A program made the translations under genes and the position numbers. From Bdellovibrionota bacterium FG-1 (GTDB lineage: Bacteria; Bdellovibrionota; UBA1018): DNA of 64,000 nucleotides. The stretch spans positions 32,001 through 96,000 of the forward strand of contig JBBCAW010000021.1 of assembly GCA_051382295.1 (NCBI GenBank). Reading direction: 5' to 3'. Below the pieces are notes generated by a model. That model saw only the letters and a list, made by a program, of their open reading frames with translations. It had not been told where the DNA came from and did not search any database. Below, in pieces: positions 39,294 through 48,356 of the stretch; within the stretch, counting starts at the first letter, position 1; each line of letters begins with the position of its first letter.

Positions 39294-41216
39294 ATGCGCA
39301 TTTTGTTGCTCACCCCTCCTATGACTCAGCTCAATACTCCGTATCCTGCGACGGCGTATTTGAAGGGGTTTTTGCGCAAGGAGCGTCCTGATCTGGATGT
39401 GCGGCAGGCTGACCCCGCGATTGAGCTGGTGCTCCGTCTTTTTTCAAAAAAGGGGGTCAGGCGAGTCTGTGCGGACTTGGATCGATACAAGTTTAAAGAT
39501 GTCTTGCAGGCCCAAGACGCAATTGAGCGGGCGATGGAACCTGCGATCCGGTTTTTGCAGGGTAAGGATCCGAGTTTGGCGATTCGAATCGCAAGTCGTG
39601 AGTTTTTGCCCGAAGGACCTCGCTTCGCTACGATCAAGGAGCAGGGGGGGGACGGGACGTCAGCTGAGGACCCGTTATTTTGGGCTTTTGGTCAATTAGG
39701 CGTTCAAGATCGGGCAAAATATTTGGCGAGTCTCTTTGTCGATGACTGGGCGGATGTGATCCGCCAGGGGATTGATCCGCGTTTTGAGCTGTCCAAATAT
39801 GCCGAAAAACTGGCCGCCAGTACCGAAAGCTTTGATCCTCTGGGTGAGGCGTTGGAAAACTCCGAAACTACGTTGGTCGACCGGATTTTGGATGAGATGA
39901 CCACGGAACTTGTCGCCCAGCACCGTCCCGATATTGTGGGAATTTCAGTGCCTTTTCCGGGCAATGTGTATGGCGGGCTCAGGATCGCTCGGCGAATCAA
40001 AAAGCTCACGCCCCTCACGCGGGTGATTTTGGGGGGCGGGTATGCCAATACTGAGCTGAGAGAACTTTCGGATCCAAGAGTTTTTGATTACGTAGATTTT
40101 ATTACGCTGGATGACGGGGAGCGGCCGTTCTTAAGTCTTTTGGAGCTTTTTGAGGGAAAGAGAAACTCGGATCAGCTTTTGCGTACCTTTGTTTGCGAAG
40201 GCGGAAAGGTCGCTTTCAAAAATGATGCTTCCTTAACTGACTTTGCGTTTCGAGAAGTGGGAACGCCGACCTATGAGGGGCTCAAACTCGACCAATACTT
40301 ATCCATTGTTGAAATGCTCAATCCGATGCATCGGATTTGGTCAGATGGTCGTTGGAATAAAGTGACGCTTGCTCATGGCTGTTATTGGAAGAAATGCAAT
40401 TTTTGTGATGTGAATCTGGACTATATCGGTCGTTATGATCCTGCGGCCGCGGAGCAAATCGTGGATCGGATTGAGGCGCTGGTGCAAGAGACCGGTCAAT
40501 CGGGTTTTCATCTCGTGGATGAGGCCGCCCCTCCGACTTTGTTGAAAGCTATGGCGGAGAGGTTGCTTGCGCGGGGAGTGGTGATCACTTGGTGGGGTAA
40601 TATCCGTTTTGAAAAAGCCTTTACCCCTGCTTTGGCTGAGTTGTTGGCTCGCTCCGGATGTGTGGCGGTGAGTGGGGGACTCGAGGTGGCCTCGGACCGC
40701 CTTTTAAAATTGATGAACAAAGGGGTGAGTGTTGAGCAGGTCGCTCGTGTGACGAATTCATTTACCCAAGCTGGCATTATGGTGCATGCCTATCTGATGT
40801 ATGGTTTTCCGACTCAAACCGAGGGCGAAACCATGGATGCGCTTGATCGTGTGCGCCAACTTTTTGCGGCTGGCTGCATTCAGTCGGCATACTGGCATCG
40901 ATTTTCGGCAACCGTGCATAGCCCGATCGGGCGCGCGCCTGAAAAGTTTGGCATTCGGATTTTGAAGCGGCCCCCTCCGGTCGCTGGAGTTTTTGCGCGT
41001 AACGATTTGGTCTTCAAAGATCCTGTAGGAGCCGATCACGATCGGTTGGGAGTGGGGCTGAAAAAAGCCATTTACAATTATATGCATGGGGCAGGGCTGG
41101 ACGAGGATGTGAGGTGCTGGTTTGAGGAGGTCCAGGTCGGCAAAAAAGGCCGGGCGCGATTTCAAATGCCAGCGGCGCAGGTACCGCCGGACTTGATTCA
41201 GAGGGCGTTGGAGTAG
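39294..41216 (+). CDS. B12-binding domain radical SAM protein
   Basis: PPMTQLNTPYPA, LGGGYAN, the CxxxCxxC motif CYWKKCNFC, and LMYGFP. Confidence 0.9.
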   Translation: MRILLLTPPMTQLNTPYPATAYLKGFLRKERPDLDVRQADPAIELVLRLFSKKGVRRVCADLDRYKFKDVLQAQDAIERAMEPAIRFLQGKDPSLAIRIASREFLPEGPRFATIKEQGGDGTSAEDPLFWAFGQLGVQDRAKYLASLFVDDWADVIRQGIDPRFELSKYAEKLAASTESFDPLGEALENSETTLVDRILDEMTTELVAQHRPDIVGISVPFPGNVYGGLRIARRIKKLTPLTRVILGGGYANTELRELSDPRVFDYVDFITLDDGERPFLSLLELFEGKRNSDQLLRTFVCEGGKVAFKNDASLTDFAFREVGTPTYEGLKLDQYLSIVEMLNPMHRIWSDGRWNKVTLAHGCYWKKCNFCDVNLDYIGRYDPAAAEQIVDRIEALVQETGQSGFHLVDEAAPPTLLKAMAERLLARGVVITWWGNIRFEKAFTPALAELLARSGCVAVSGGLEVASDRLLKLMNKGVSVEQVARVTNSFTQAGIMVHAYLMYGFPTQTEGETMDALDRVRQLFAAGCIQSAYWHRFSATVHSPIGRAPEKFGIRILKRPPPVAGVFARNDLVFKDPVGADHDRLGVGLKKAIYNYMHGAGLDEDVRCWFEEVQVGKKGRARFQMPAAQVPPDLIQRALE

Positions 41217-41296
41217 GTCCCTGCCGTTTTGTCCCTTGAAGGGTTGTCTTTTAGTTATTTTGCCTGGATAATGAATTCAAAGAGGAATCCACTGGC

Positions 41297-41764
41297 ATGC
41301 TAGAAAAATCCGAAACCAAGAAGAAAGCTTTGCGTGGCCACTGGCTCATTTACCCCAAATTTCAACTGGGGTTGATTGGAGTGAATGCCTTGGTCATGGC
41401 CGGAGCTATGGCCTTGGTCGCCTATCAGTTTCACCGTTCCATGCAGAAACTCAAAGAGATGGGGCGCGTCGCTGGGTTGACCGAGGGCCATGCTTATTTT
41501 CGCTTCTTGGATCTTCAGAGTACGACGATTTCTTCGTATATCGGTATTGCTTTTGTCGTAGCTTTCTGTCTTTCGCTGGTTTTGACTCTTGTTTTTTCGC
41601 ACCGACTCGCTGGACCGATTGTGCGACTCAAGGGGTTTTTTAGAGCTATTTCTGAAGGTAAGGAGCCCGTGCAATATTCGGTCAAATTCAGGCAGGGAGA
41701 TTTTTTTGGCGATTTGCCGCCACTCGTGAATTCCGCAATCAATAAGATGCGCGGTTCACGCTAA
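41297..41764 (+). CDS. Two-TM membrane protein with a HAMP-like C-terminus
   Basis: Pattern FQ...TM...TM-SHRLAGPIVRL...RQGD. Confidence 0.7.
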   Translation: MLEKSETKKKALRGHWLIYPKFQLGLIGVNALVMAGAMALVAYQFHRSMQKLKEMGRVAGLTEGHAYFRFLDLQSTTISSYIGIAFVVAFCLSLVLTLVFSHRLAGPIVRLKGFFRAISEGKEPVQYSVKFRQGDFFGDLPPLVNSAINKMRGSR

Positions 41765-41782
41765 ATTTTATCGACTTTACTC

Positions 41783-42463
41783 ATGAGTATGGCTTCGATT
41801 CGTTTTCGCATTTTTCCTCTGGCTTGCGTGGTTTTTGCCACCGGGGTTATGCTCATGGGGGTTTTAGCCGACCCGACTGTGTTTCAGCCGCAGCCTATTC
41901 GGTCTGCGTCATCCACTGGATCGGGTGAGGTTCTGGCCGATCTTACCCAAGCGACTCATGGCGGTCTTCAGCATTGGCGCAGGATTTATTATTTTTCGAC
42001 CCATATTCCTGAAGTCTGCTGGGCCAATAATGCGGTCAACGAGTTTCAGAAAAAACAATGTGGTGAGTTTTGGGAGCATTTAGAATACGGCGTTTTGTTG
42101 AGCTTTCTCCCATGGGCCATCGGCGGGCTGTTTTGGTCGGTTATGATGAGATCTTATCGACGGGTGAGGAAGCAACTCTCTCGACGAATAGCGAGTCAGA
42201 AACCCGTGAGTCGTGGCGTTATTACTTCTCCTGCCGAAGCACCTTCCGAATTTTTCGGGTGGTTTTATGACCTTCGCGCGATGGGTGTTCAATTGTCTTC
42301 AGGGGAGCAAATCAAAGTATTCATTGCCAAGACTGACGCCGTGCCGCGGCCGGGGCAAACCATGCTGGTCTATGAATCGATAATGACATGGGGCGGTGCA
42401 AGGTGGGTTGGGACGGTGCATACCCCTCATTTAGCGGTTGTGCCAGGAGTTCGTGGAGTTTGA
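41783..42463 (+). CDS. Hypothetical membrane protein
   Basis: 226-aa ORF with two hydrophobic segments, co-oriented with its neighbours. Confidence 0.65.
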   Translation: MSMASIRFRIFPLACVVFATGVMLMGVLADPTVFQPQPIRSASSTGSGEVLADLTQATHGGLQHWRRIYYFSTHIPEVCWANNAVNEFQKKQCGEFWEHLEYGVLLSFLPWAIGGLFWSVMMRSYRRVRKQLSRRIASQKPVSRGVITSPAEAPSEFFGWFYDLRAMGVQLSSGEQIKVFIAKTDAVPRPGQTMLVYESIMTWGGARWVGTVHTPHLAVVPGVRGV

Positions 42464-42510
42464 TCGCAATAGACAGAGGCGGGCCACGTGTGCGATGACC
42501 TTTCAACGCA

Positions 42511-45500
42511 ATGGCCTTTACTCATCTTCATGTTCACACGCAATATAGCTTACTGCAGGGTGCCATTCAGACCGATGGGCTCTTTGAGCGCGTCAAAGCC
42601 ATGGGGATGGATTCAATCGCGGTTACCGATAGTCATAATCTTTTTGGTGCCATTGATTTTTATCTCAAAGCAAAAGAAGTCGGTATCAAGCCCATTATTG
42701 GGTGTGAGATTTTTTATGCACCCGGAGGGCGGGCTGGCATGCATGCCGCGGGTTTGGCAGGGGGTAGTGGCGCACAGAGTCAAAATGTATGCAAAATCCA
42801 TCATTTAGTTCTGCTTTGTAAGGATCTCCAGGGTTATCAAAATCTGTGTCAGCTGGTGACGCGTTCCTATATTGATGGCGCTGCGTTTGCGGCTGAAAAT
42901 AAAAAGATGACCGGTCCTCGTGCGATCGTGGATCGCGAATTGCTCGATCGTTGGGGAAATGGGTTGGTTGTTCTTTCAGGGTGTTTGCGCGGTGAACTTC
43001 CTTACAAAATCTTAACAGGTGAAACCGAGGCCGCGCTTGAATCCATGCTTTGGTTTAAAAAACGGTTTGGCGAGGATTTTTATCTCGAGCTTCAAGACAC
43101 CACCCTCCCTGAACAAGAACAGGTCAACGAACAGCTTTATGCGTGGGGTCAGCGGCATGGCATTAGATGTGTGGCCACTACGGATTGCCATTACTTGGAG
43201 CCTAAGGACGGCGAGGCTCACGAGGTGCTCCAATGCATTGAGCATGGCAAAAATCTAGATTTCGACCGCCCGAGAAGCTTGGTCCCCTCAGAATTTTATC
43301 TTAAGCCTGAAGCCGTGATGCGCGAGCATTTTGAAAGATGGCCTGATGCTTGTGATCACACTCAAGAAATCGCTTCCAAGTGTGATGTTATTTTTAAATT
43401 CAAGGATGAAAAAGGTCGTCCGATTTATCACCTTCCGAACTTTCGCCCCACGGGGGTTTCTAAGGATACCCCTTTTGATTTGATTGGGTACTTTCGGGAG
43501 CAATCGCAGGCGGGATTGAGGGATCGTTTTGGAGAACCCTGGTTTTTAGAGAAAAAATCGAAACCAGATTGGGATGAAAAGCAGAAGATTTATGAGGCTC
43601 GCCTTGAAGAAGAACTGAATATGATCGAACGAACCGGTTTTGCCGGTTACTTTTTGATCGTTTCTGACTTTATCAAATGGGCTAAAGGCGAGGGTATTCC
43701 GGTGGGGCCAGGACGTGGTTCGGGCGCTGGCTCATTGGTCGCTTATAGTCTTAAAATTACCGACATTGACCCGATCCAGTTTAATTTGCTTTTTGAGCGG
43801 TTCATTAATCCAGAACGTATCTCGATGCCCGATTTTGACGTGGATTTCTGCCAAGATCGGCGCGGTGAGGTGATTGACTACGTGGCTCGCAAGTACGGGC
43901 GCGACAATGTTTGCCAAATCATCACGTTTGGCAAGCTCCAGGCTAAGGCCGCGCTGAAAGATGTGGCGCGCGTGTTAGGACTTTCCTTTGCGGACTCAGA
44001 TCAGCTGACTAAACTCGTGGGCGATGAAGTCGGCATTGAGCTCAAAGATGCTTACGAGAGGGAGCCACGGCTTCGTGAGAAGATTGAGCAGGACCCTCGG
44101 CTGCGCAAGGTGTGGGAATATGCGCTTAAACTTGAAGGATTGTATCGAAGCGCGGGGATGCACGCCGCAGGCGTGATTATCACCGAAAATCCGGTGGTCA
44201 CCTATTGTCCACTTTTTGTGGGCAAAGATGGTCATTCAGTGACGCAATTCGATAAGGATTTTTCCGAAAAAATCGGCCTCGTTAAGTTCGATTTTTTGGG
44301 TTTAAAGACTTTGACGGTCATTGATAATGCGGTCAAGTTGATTCGGAGCGTGGCTGCGGCGGGAACCGCTGATGCGGAATTTCAGCTTGAAAAAATCAAT
44401 TATAGCGATCCCAAAGTGTTTGAGCTGATTTCTTCCGGCGACACGGATGGCGTGTTTCAGGTCGAAAGCTCGGGAATGAAAGATCTTTGCCAGCGCATTA
44501 TTCCCAATTCGCTTGAAGACATTACGGCCATTAATGCGCTTTATCGCCCAGGTCCCTTGGGTTCCGGAATGGTCGATGATTTTATCGACCGCAAACATGG
44601 TCGCAAGCCGATTGTTTACGACGTGGATATGTTGGCGTCCATTCTTAAGGACACTTATGGGGTCATCCTCTATCAAGAGCAGGTGATGCAGATCGCGCGC
44701 GAGTTGGCGGGGTATTCACTCGGGCAAGCCGACTTGCTCAGGCGTGCGATGGGCAAGAAAAAAGCTGAGGAAATGGCTCAGCAACGTGACCTTTTTGTCA
44801 GGGGTGCGATTGCCAAGGGCCTTCCCGCGGCCAAAGCTGAGTCGATTTTTGATCTGATGGCCAAGTTTGCTGAGTATGGGTTTAATAAGTCTCATTCGGC
44901 AGCCTATGGGGTTCTGACGTATCAAACGGCGTATCTAAAAACTCATTTTTCGGCCGAGTTCATGGCAGCGCTCATGACGACAGAAATGGATACGACTGAG
45001 AAGATCACCAAATACATTGGTGATTCACGTGCCCATGACATTCCGGTGTTGCCTCCCGATGTCAATTACTCGCAAAAACGTTTTAGTGTTGAGTGGCTTA
45101 AGCCGAATGATGCCGCCTATCCCAACCTTTTAATCAAAAAGGGACAGCTCGCGCATCCCATTAAGGCCATTCGTTTTGGATTAGAAGCGATCAAGGGCGT
45201 GGGAGGGATTGCGGTCGATACGATTTTAGAGTCCCGAGTTTCAGGCGGACCTTTTCAGAATGTTCTTGAATTTTGTCGACGGGTCTCCACTCGTAAGGTG
45301 AATAAAAAGGTTTTAGAGGCACTGACGTCGGCCGGGGCGTTTGACTCGATTGCCGAGGTGAATCGCGCATCCCTTTTTGTTTCATTGGAGAGCTTACTGG
45401 ATCATGCGGGCGATGAGCAGGCCGAGAGAGAACTCGGACAAAGCTCGCTTTTCGATTCGTTTTCGGCAGCTGAAGTGAAGTTACTCACCCCCACTCATTC

Positions 45501-46248
45501 CATCTTTAAACAGGAGGAAGATTGGCCAACCTCGCGCAAATTAATGGAAGAGCGCAAGGTGGTCGGTTTTTATGTTTCGGGCCATCCCATGGATGCCTGG
45601 CAAAAAATCTGTGAGGATTGGCTTGGGTGGAGCACGGAGCGTCTGAAGCGAACGGCCGAAGAAAAACAGGCGCAGAAAAAAGCAAGCCCTTCGGCGTCTT
45701 CCGATGACGGGTTTGTACCGCGGTCGATGCGCCCGCCTAAGCAAGAAATCCGGATAGGGGGCTTAGTGGGCGAGTTGCGAGAGGTGATGACCAAAAAGGG
45801 GTCCAGAATGGCCTTTGGTCAACTTGAAGATCTCCATGGTAAGGTTGAGATTGTATTTTTTCCGGAGGCTTTCGCTCAGTGTCAGGAATTGCTTAAACGT
45901 GCGACCACTGAGGCTGAGGCGGTCATTGTGAACGGCGAGGTCGAGTTTGGAGACGAAGCCCCTAAAGTATTGGTTAAGACGATTGAATGGGCTGCCGAAG
46001 CGCACAAAGGCCGAGTTCAACAAGTGGTTTTGAGACTTGCACCCTCCGAGGTCAGTGCTGACCAGTTGCGTGCCCTTAAGAAAAGTTTGCTCACATTTCG
46101 AGGTAAGTGTCCGGTTAGAATAGACTTTATTGATCCGCTTTTTAAGACACGACTCGACCTTCCAAAGACAGTTTCGGTCACGGCAACTCCTCAAATGGTT
46201 TCGGCGGTGAATCAAATCTTTGGTCGGGATGTGGTGGCGCTTCATTGA
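42511..46248 (+). CDS. dnaE: DNA polymerase III alpha subunit
   Basis: PHP domain (HLHVHTQYS), GPGRGSGAGS, ERISMPDFDVDF, KFDFLGL, FNKSHSAAY and an OB-fold C-terminus. Confidence 0.98.
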   Translation: MAFTHLHVHTQYSLLQGAIQTDGLFERVKAMGMDSIAVTDSHNLFGAIDFYLKAKEVGIKPIIGCEIFYAPGGRAGMHAAGLAGGSGAQSQNVCKIHHLVLLCKDLQGYQNLCQLVTRSYIDGAAFAAENKKMTGPRAIVDRELLDRWGNGLVVLSGCLRGELPYKILTGETEAALESMLWFKKRFGEDFYLELQDTTLPEQEQVNEQLYAWGQRHGIRCVATTDCHYLEPKDGEAHEVLQCIEHGKNLDFDRPRSLVPSEFYLKPEAVMREHFERWPDACDHTQEIASKCDVIFKFKDEKGRPIYHLPNFRPTGVSKDTPFDLIGYFREQSQAGLRDRFGEPWFLEKKSKPDWDEKQKIYEARLEEELNMIERTGFAGYFLIVSDFIKWAKGEGIPVGPGRGSGAGSLVAYSLKITDIDPIQFNLLFERFINPERISMPDFDVDFCQDRRGEVIDYVARKYGRDNVCQIITFGKLQAKAALKDVARVLGLSFADSDQLTKLVGDEVGIELKDAYEREPRLREKIEQDPRLRKVWEYALKLEGLYRSAGMHAAGVIITENPVVTYCPLFVGKDGHSVTQFDKDFSEKIGLVKFDFLGLKTLTVIDNAVKLIRSVAAAGTADAEFQLEKINYSDPKVFELISSGDTDGVFQVESSGMKDLCQRIIPNSLEDITAINALYRPGPLGSGMVDDFIDRKHGRKPIVYDVDMLASILKDTYGVILYQEQVMQIARELAGYSLGQADLLRRAMGKKKAEEMAQQRDLFVRGAIAKGLPAAKAESIFDLMAKFAEYGFNKSHSAAYGVLTYQTAYLKTHFSAEFMAALMTTEMDTTEKITKYIGDSRAHDIPVLPPDVNYSQKRFSVEWLKPNDAAYPNLLIKKGQLAHPIKAIRFGLEAIKGVGGIAVDTILESRVSGGPFQNVLEFCRRVSTRKVNKKVLEALTSAGAFDSIAEVNRASLFVSLESLLDHAGDEQAERELGQSSLFDSFSAAEVKLLTPTHSIFKQEEDWPTSRKLMEERKVVGFYVSGHPMDAWQKICEDWLGWSTERLKRTAEEKQAQKKASPSASSDDGFVPRSMRPPKQEIRIGGLVGELREVMTKKGSRMAFGQLEDLHGKVEIVFFPEAFAQCQELLKRATTEAEAVIVNGEVEFGDEAPKVLVKTIEWAAEAHKGRVQQVVLRLAPSEVSADQLRALKKSLLTFRGKCPVRIDFIDPLFKTRLDLPKTVSVTATPQMVSAVNQIFGRDVVALH

Positions 46249-46261
46249 GTCCGCGGATAGG

Positions 46262-47335
46262 ATGAATGATATGAGGGTATATGCAGGCATTGGGGGGTGG
46301 ATTCTAGGACTGCTGGCTTGGGGGGGGGGCGTGAGTTTTGGCGCCCCTATCGACGATGCAGTGACGCATAAGCTCAAGTCTGCAATTATCGAGAGTGAAG
46401 TCCGTTTAGGGGTTTTGGAACCGTGGCAGAAAAAGATCTTCGATGAAGAGGTGGTTCCTCAGTATCAGCGCTTTATTCGGGATTACCGTTCTTCGCAAAC
46501 CCATAGTGGCACGGCCAATAGTAGTTTGGCTGTCGACATTGATTTGGAGTCACTCAAAGATTACCTGCGATTTTATGCGCCTAAGGCCTTGGGGATCGCC
46601 CCCAAGGCGCCCGTATTGGCCGTGTTTTTGAGAATGGGCGAGGATTGTGGTGAAAAGTGTACGGATGCCACCGAGGGGTTGCGTAAGTTGCTGGTGGCAC
46701 GGGCAGTGCGGCGGGGATTTAAGTTGCAGTCTCTTACCACCGAAGATTTGGGTCCTACGGGCGAAGATCTCGAAGGCAAGGCGTTGGACGACAAGGTCAT
46801 GGCAGTCGCGGGGTCGCGGGGCGCAGTCGGAGCGTGGGTGCTGGAGTGGGGGAAAATGCCGGTCGACGATATGGATAGCGCCCATGCCGATGAAAATCAC
46901 TATTCGCTTCGCTCTTGTTTGACGCTTCGGTCGTTTGGTGGACCCAGTGGCTTTAGAAGCGAAGGCAAAATGGACCTTCTTGAAAACGATAATTTTGAGG
47001 CGGCTTTTTCCCGATTAGCTTCGGACGGGTTGAACGAGCTTGGCGCGCGCACGGCTCAGTTGGAGCGCAACATGAGTCGAACCGATACTTTTTCTGAAAA
47101 TGAAGTTCAAGTCATGATTTCAGGCTTCAAAAATTTTGCCCAATGGATGCGCGCCAAAACCTGGCTTCAAACTCGATTTCCGAATGCCTCGGTGCAAGAG
47201 CGCAAGTTAGCTCGTCTCAAGGGCGGAGTGGCCTTGGTGGGCGAAACATCAGCAGAAACTGTTCGAAAAGCTTTGTCTGAAGGGAGTAAGAGCTGGGGTG
47301 GGGATTCGGAAATTCAAATGGAGGTTGAGCCATGA
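46262..47335 (+). CDS. Hypothetical exported protein
   Basis: Hydrophobic N-terminus and long ORF; ATGA overlap with the next gene. Confidence 0.7.
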   Translation: MNDMRVYAGIGGWILGLLAWGGGVSFGAPIDDAVTHKLKSAIIESEVRLGVLEPWQKKIFDEEVVPQYQRFIRDYRSSQTHSGTANSSLAVDIDLESLKDYLRFYAPKALGIAPKAPVLAVFLRMGEDCGEKCTDATEGLRKLLVARAVRRGFKLQSLTTEDLGPTGEDLEGKALDDKVMAVAGSRGAVGAWVLEWGKMPVDDMDSAHADENHYSLRSCLTLRSFGGPSGFRSEGKMDLLENDNFEAAFSRLASDGLNELGARTAQLERNMSRTDTFSENEVQVMISGFKNFAQWMRAKTWLQTRFPNASVQERKLARLKGGVALVGETSAETVRKALSEGSKSWGGDSEIQMEVEP

Positions 47336-48318
47336 AGGGGTCAAGTTGGGTGCGCACCCTGGCTGGGGGGTGGCTGATGGGAGTGCTCGTTTTGAGTGCG
47401 TCTTGTCAGCGTTCCAATCAATACAGACGGGATCAGGATTTTTATAAAACGGATTCTTCTCCAGGCTATTACTCGGGAAAGGGGCCAAAGAGCGCCACGA
47501 CCCGAATTGAACAGATGGGCCAGCCTAAAAAACGGGTCATGGTATTTAATTTTTGGAATGACACTCCGGTTCCCATGGTTGACATCGGCCCCTTTGCCGC
47601 CGATGAGCTGAAGCGTGGCCTCTTTCTTACCCAGCGCATGATTGTTCCGCCAGAAGTGAAGACGACGTTTGGTACCGAGGACTTTATTCAGGGGGATAAG
47701 GTACGGGTGTCGCAATTGATTCGTGAAGGCCGTAAACACGGCGTGGCCGTATTGGTCATCGGTCGTGTCAGCAAGATCACTTTTCGCCAGCGGGGAGACG
47801 AGGTAGGTTTACTTCGGCAAAAACAATCACTGGCTGGCGTTGATCTTGAGATTAAGGTCTTTGACGTGGCGGGGGGGCGCGAGCTGATGGCGATCTCGAA
47901 GTCCGGGGATGCCTCAAGTAGCTCGTTGGTGGCTTTTGAAGGAAAGAGCCTGGAAACTCGCGAATTTCGGGCCGAGCTGACTCAGCTTGCGGTTCGTAAT
48001 GCAGTAGCCTTATTGGTGCCTGAGGTGGTGCGGACCGTTGAAAAAATGACTTGGGAAGGGCGGATCGCCAAAGTGGCAGGCAGTAAAGTCTATGTTAACG
48101 CTGGGCGTGCTTCAGGATTGGTGGGCGGAGACATCCTCAAAGTCCTGTCACCGGGTGACGATGTTTATGACCCAGCGACGGGCGCGTTTTTAGGTCGTTC
48201 GCAGGGGCAATTGAAGGGCACGCTCGAAGTAGTGGATTTTATAGGTCCTGATGGCGCTTTGACTGAAGTTCATACTGGATCAAACTTTCAAGAAGGCGAC
48301 ACAGTACAGTTGTACTAG
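47332..48318 (+). CDS. Lipoprotein, CsgG/FlgT-like
   Basis: Lipobox LSASC; KKRVMVFNF and a C-terminal VYVNAGRASGL..GDIL...DPATG..LG. Confidence 0.65.
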   Translation: MKGSSWVRTLAGGWLMGVLVLSASCQRSNQYRRDQDFYKTDSSPGYYSGKGPKSATTRIEQMGQPKKRVMVFNFWNDTPVPMVDIGPFAADELKRGLFLTQRMIVPPEVKTTFGTEDFIQGDKVRVSQLIREGRKHGVAVLVIGRVSKITFRQRGDEVGLLRQKQSLAGVDLEIKVFDVAGGRELMAISKSGDASSSSLVAFEGKSLETREFRAELTQLAVRNAVALLVPEVVRTVEKMTWEGRIAKVAGSKVYVNAGRASGLVGGDILKVLSPGDDVYDPATGAFLGRSQGQLKGTLEVVDFIGPDGALTEVHTGSNFQEGDTVQLY

Positions 48319-48356
48319 CTTTGGGTTGGTACGTCTCTGGCAGTTGAGCTGAACTC

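Noticed and set aside
45085..45170. Insertion in DnaE (possible intein)
   Set aside because: Only about 25 aa, with no intein splice motifs (C/S start, HN end); more likely a loop insertion.
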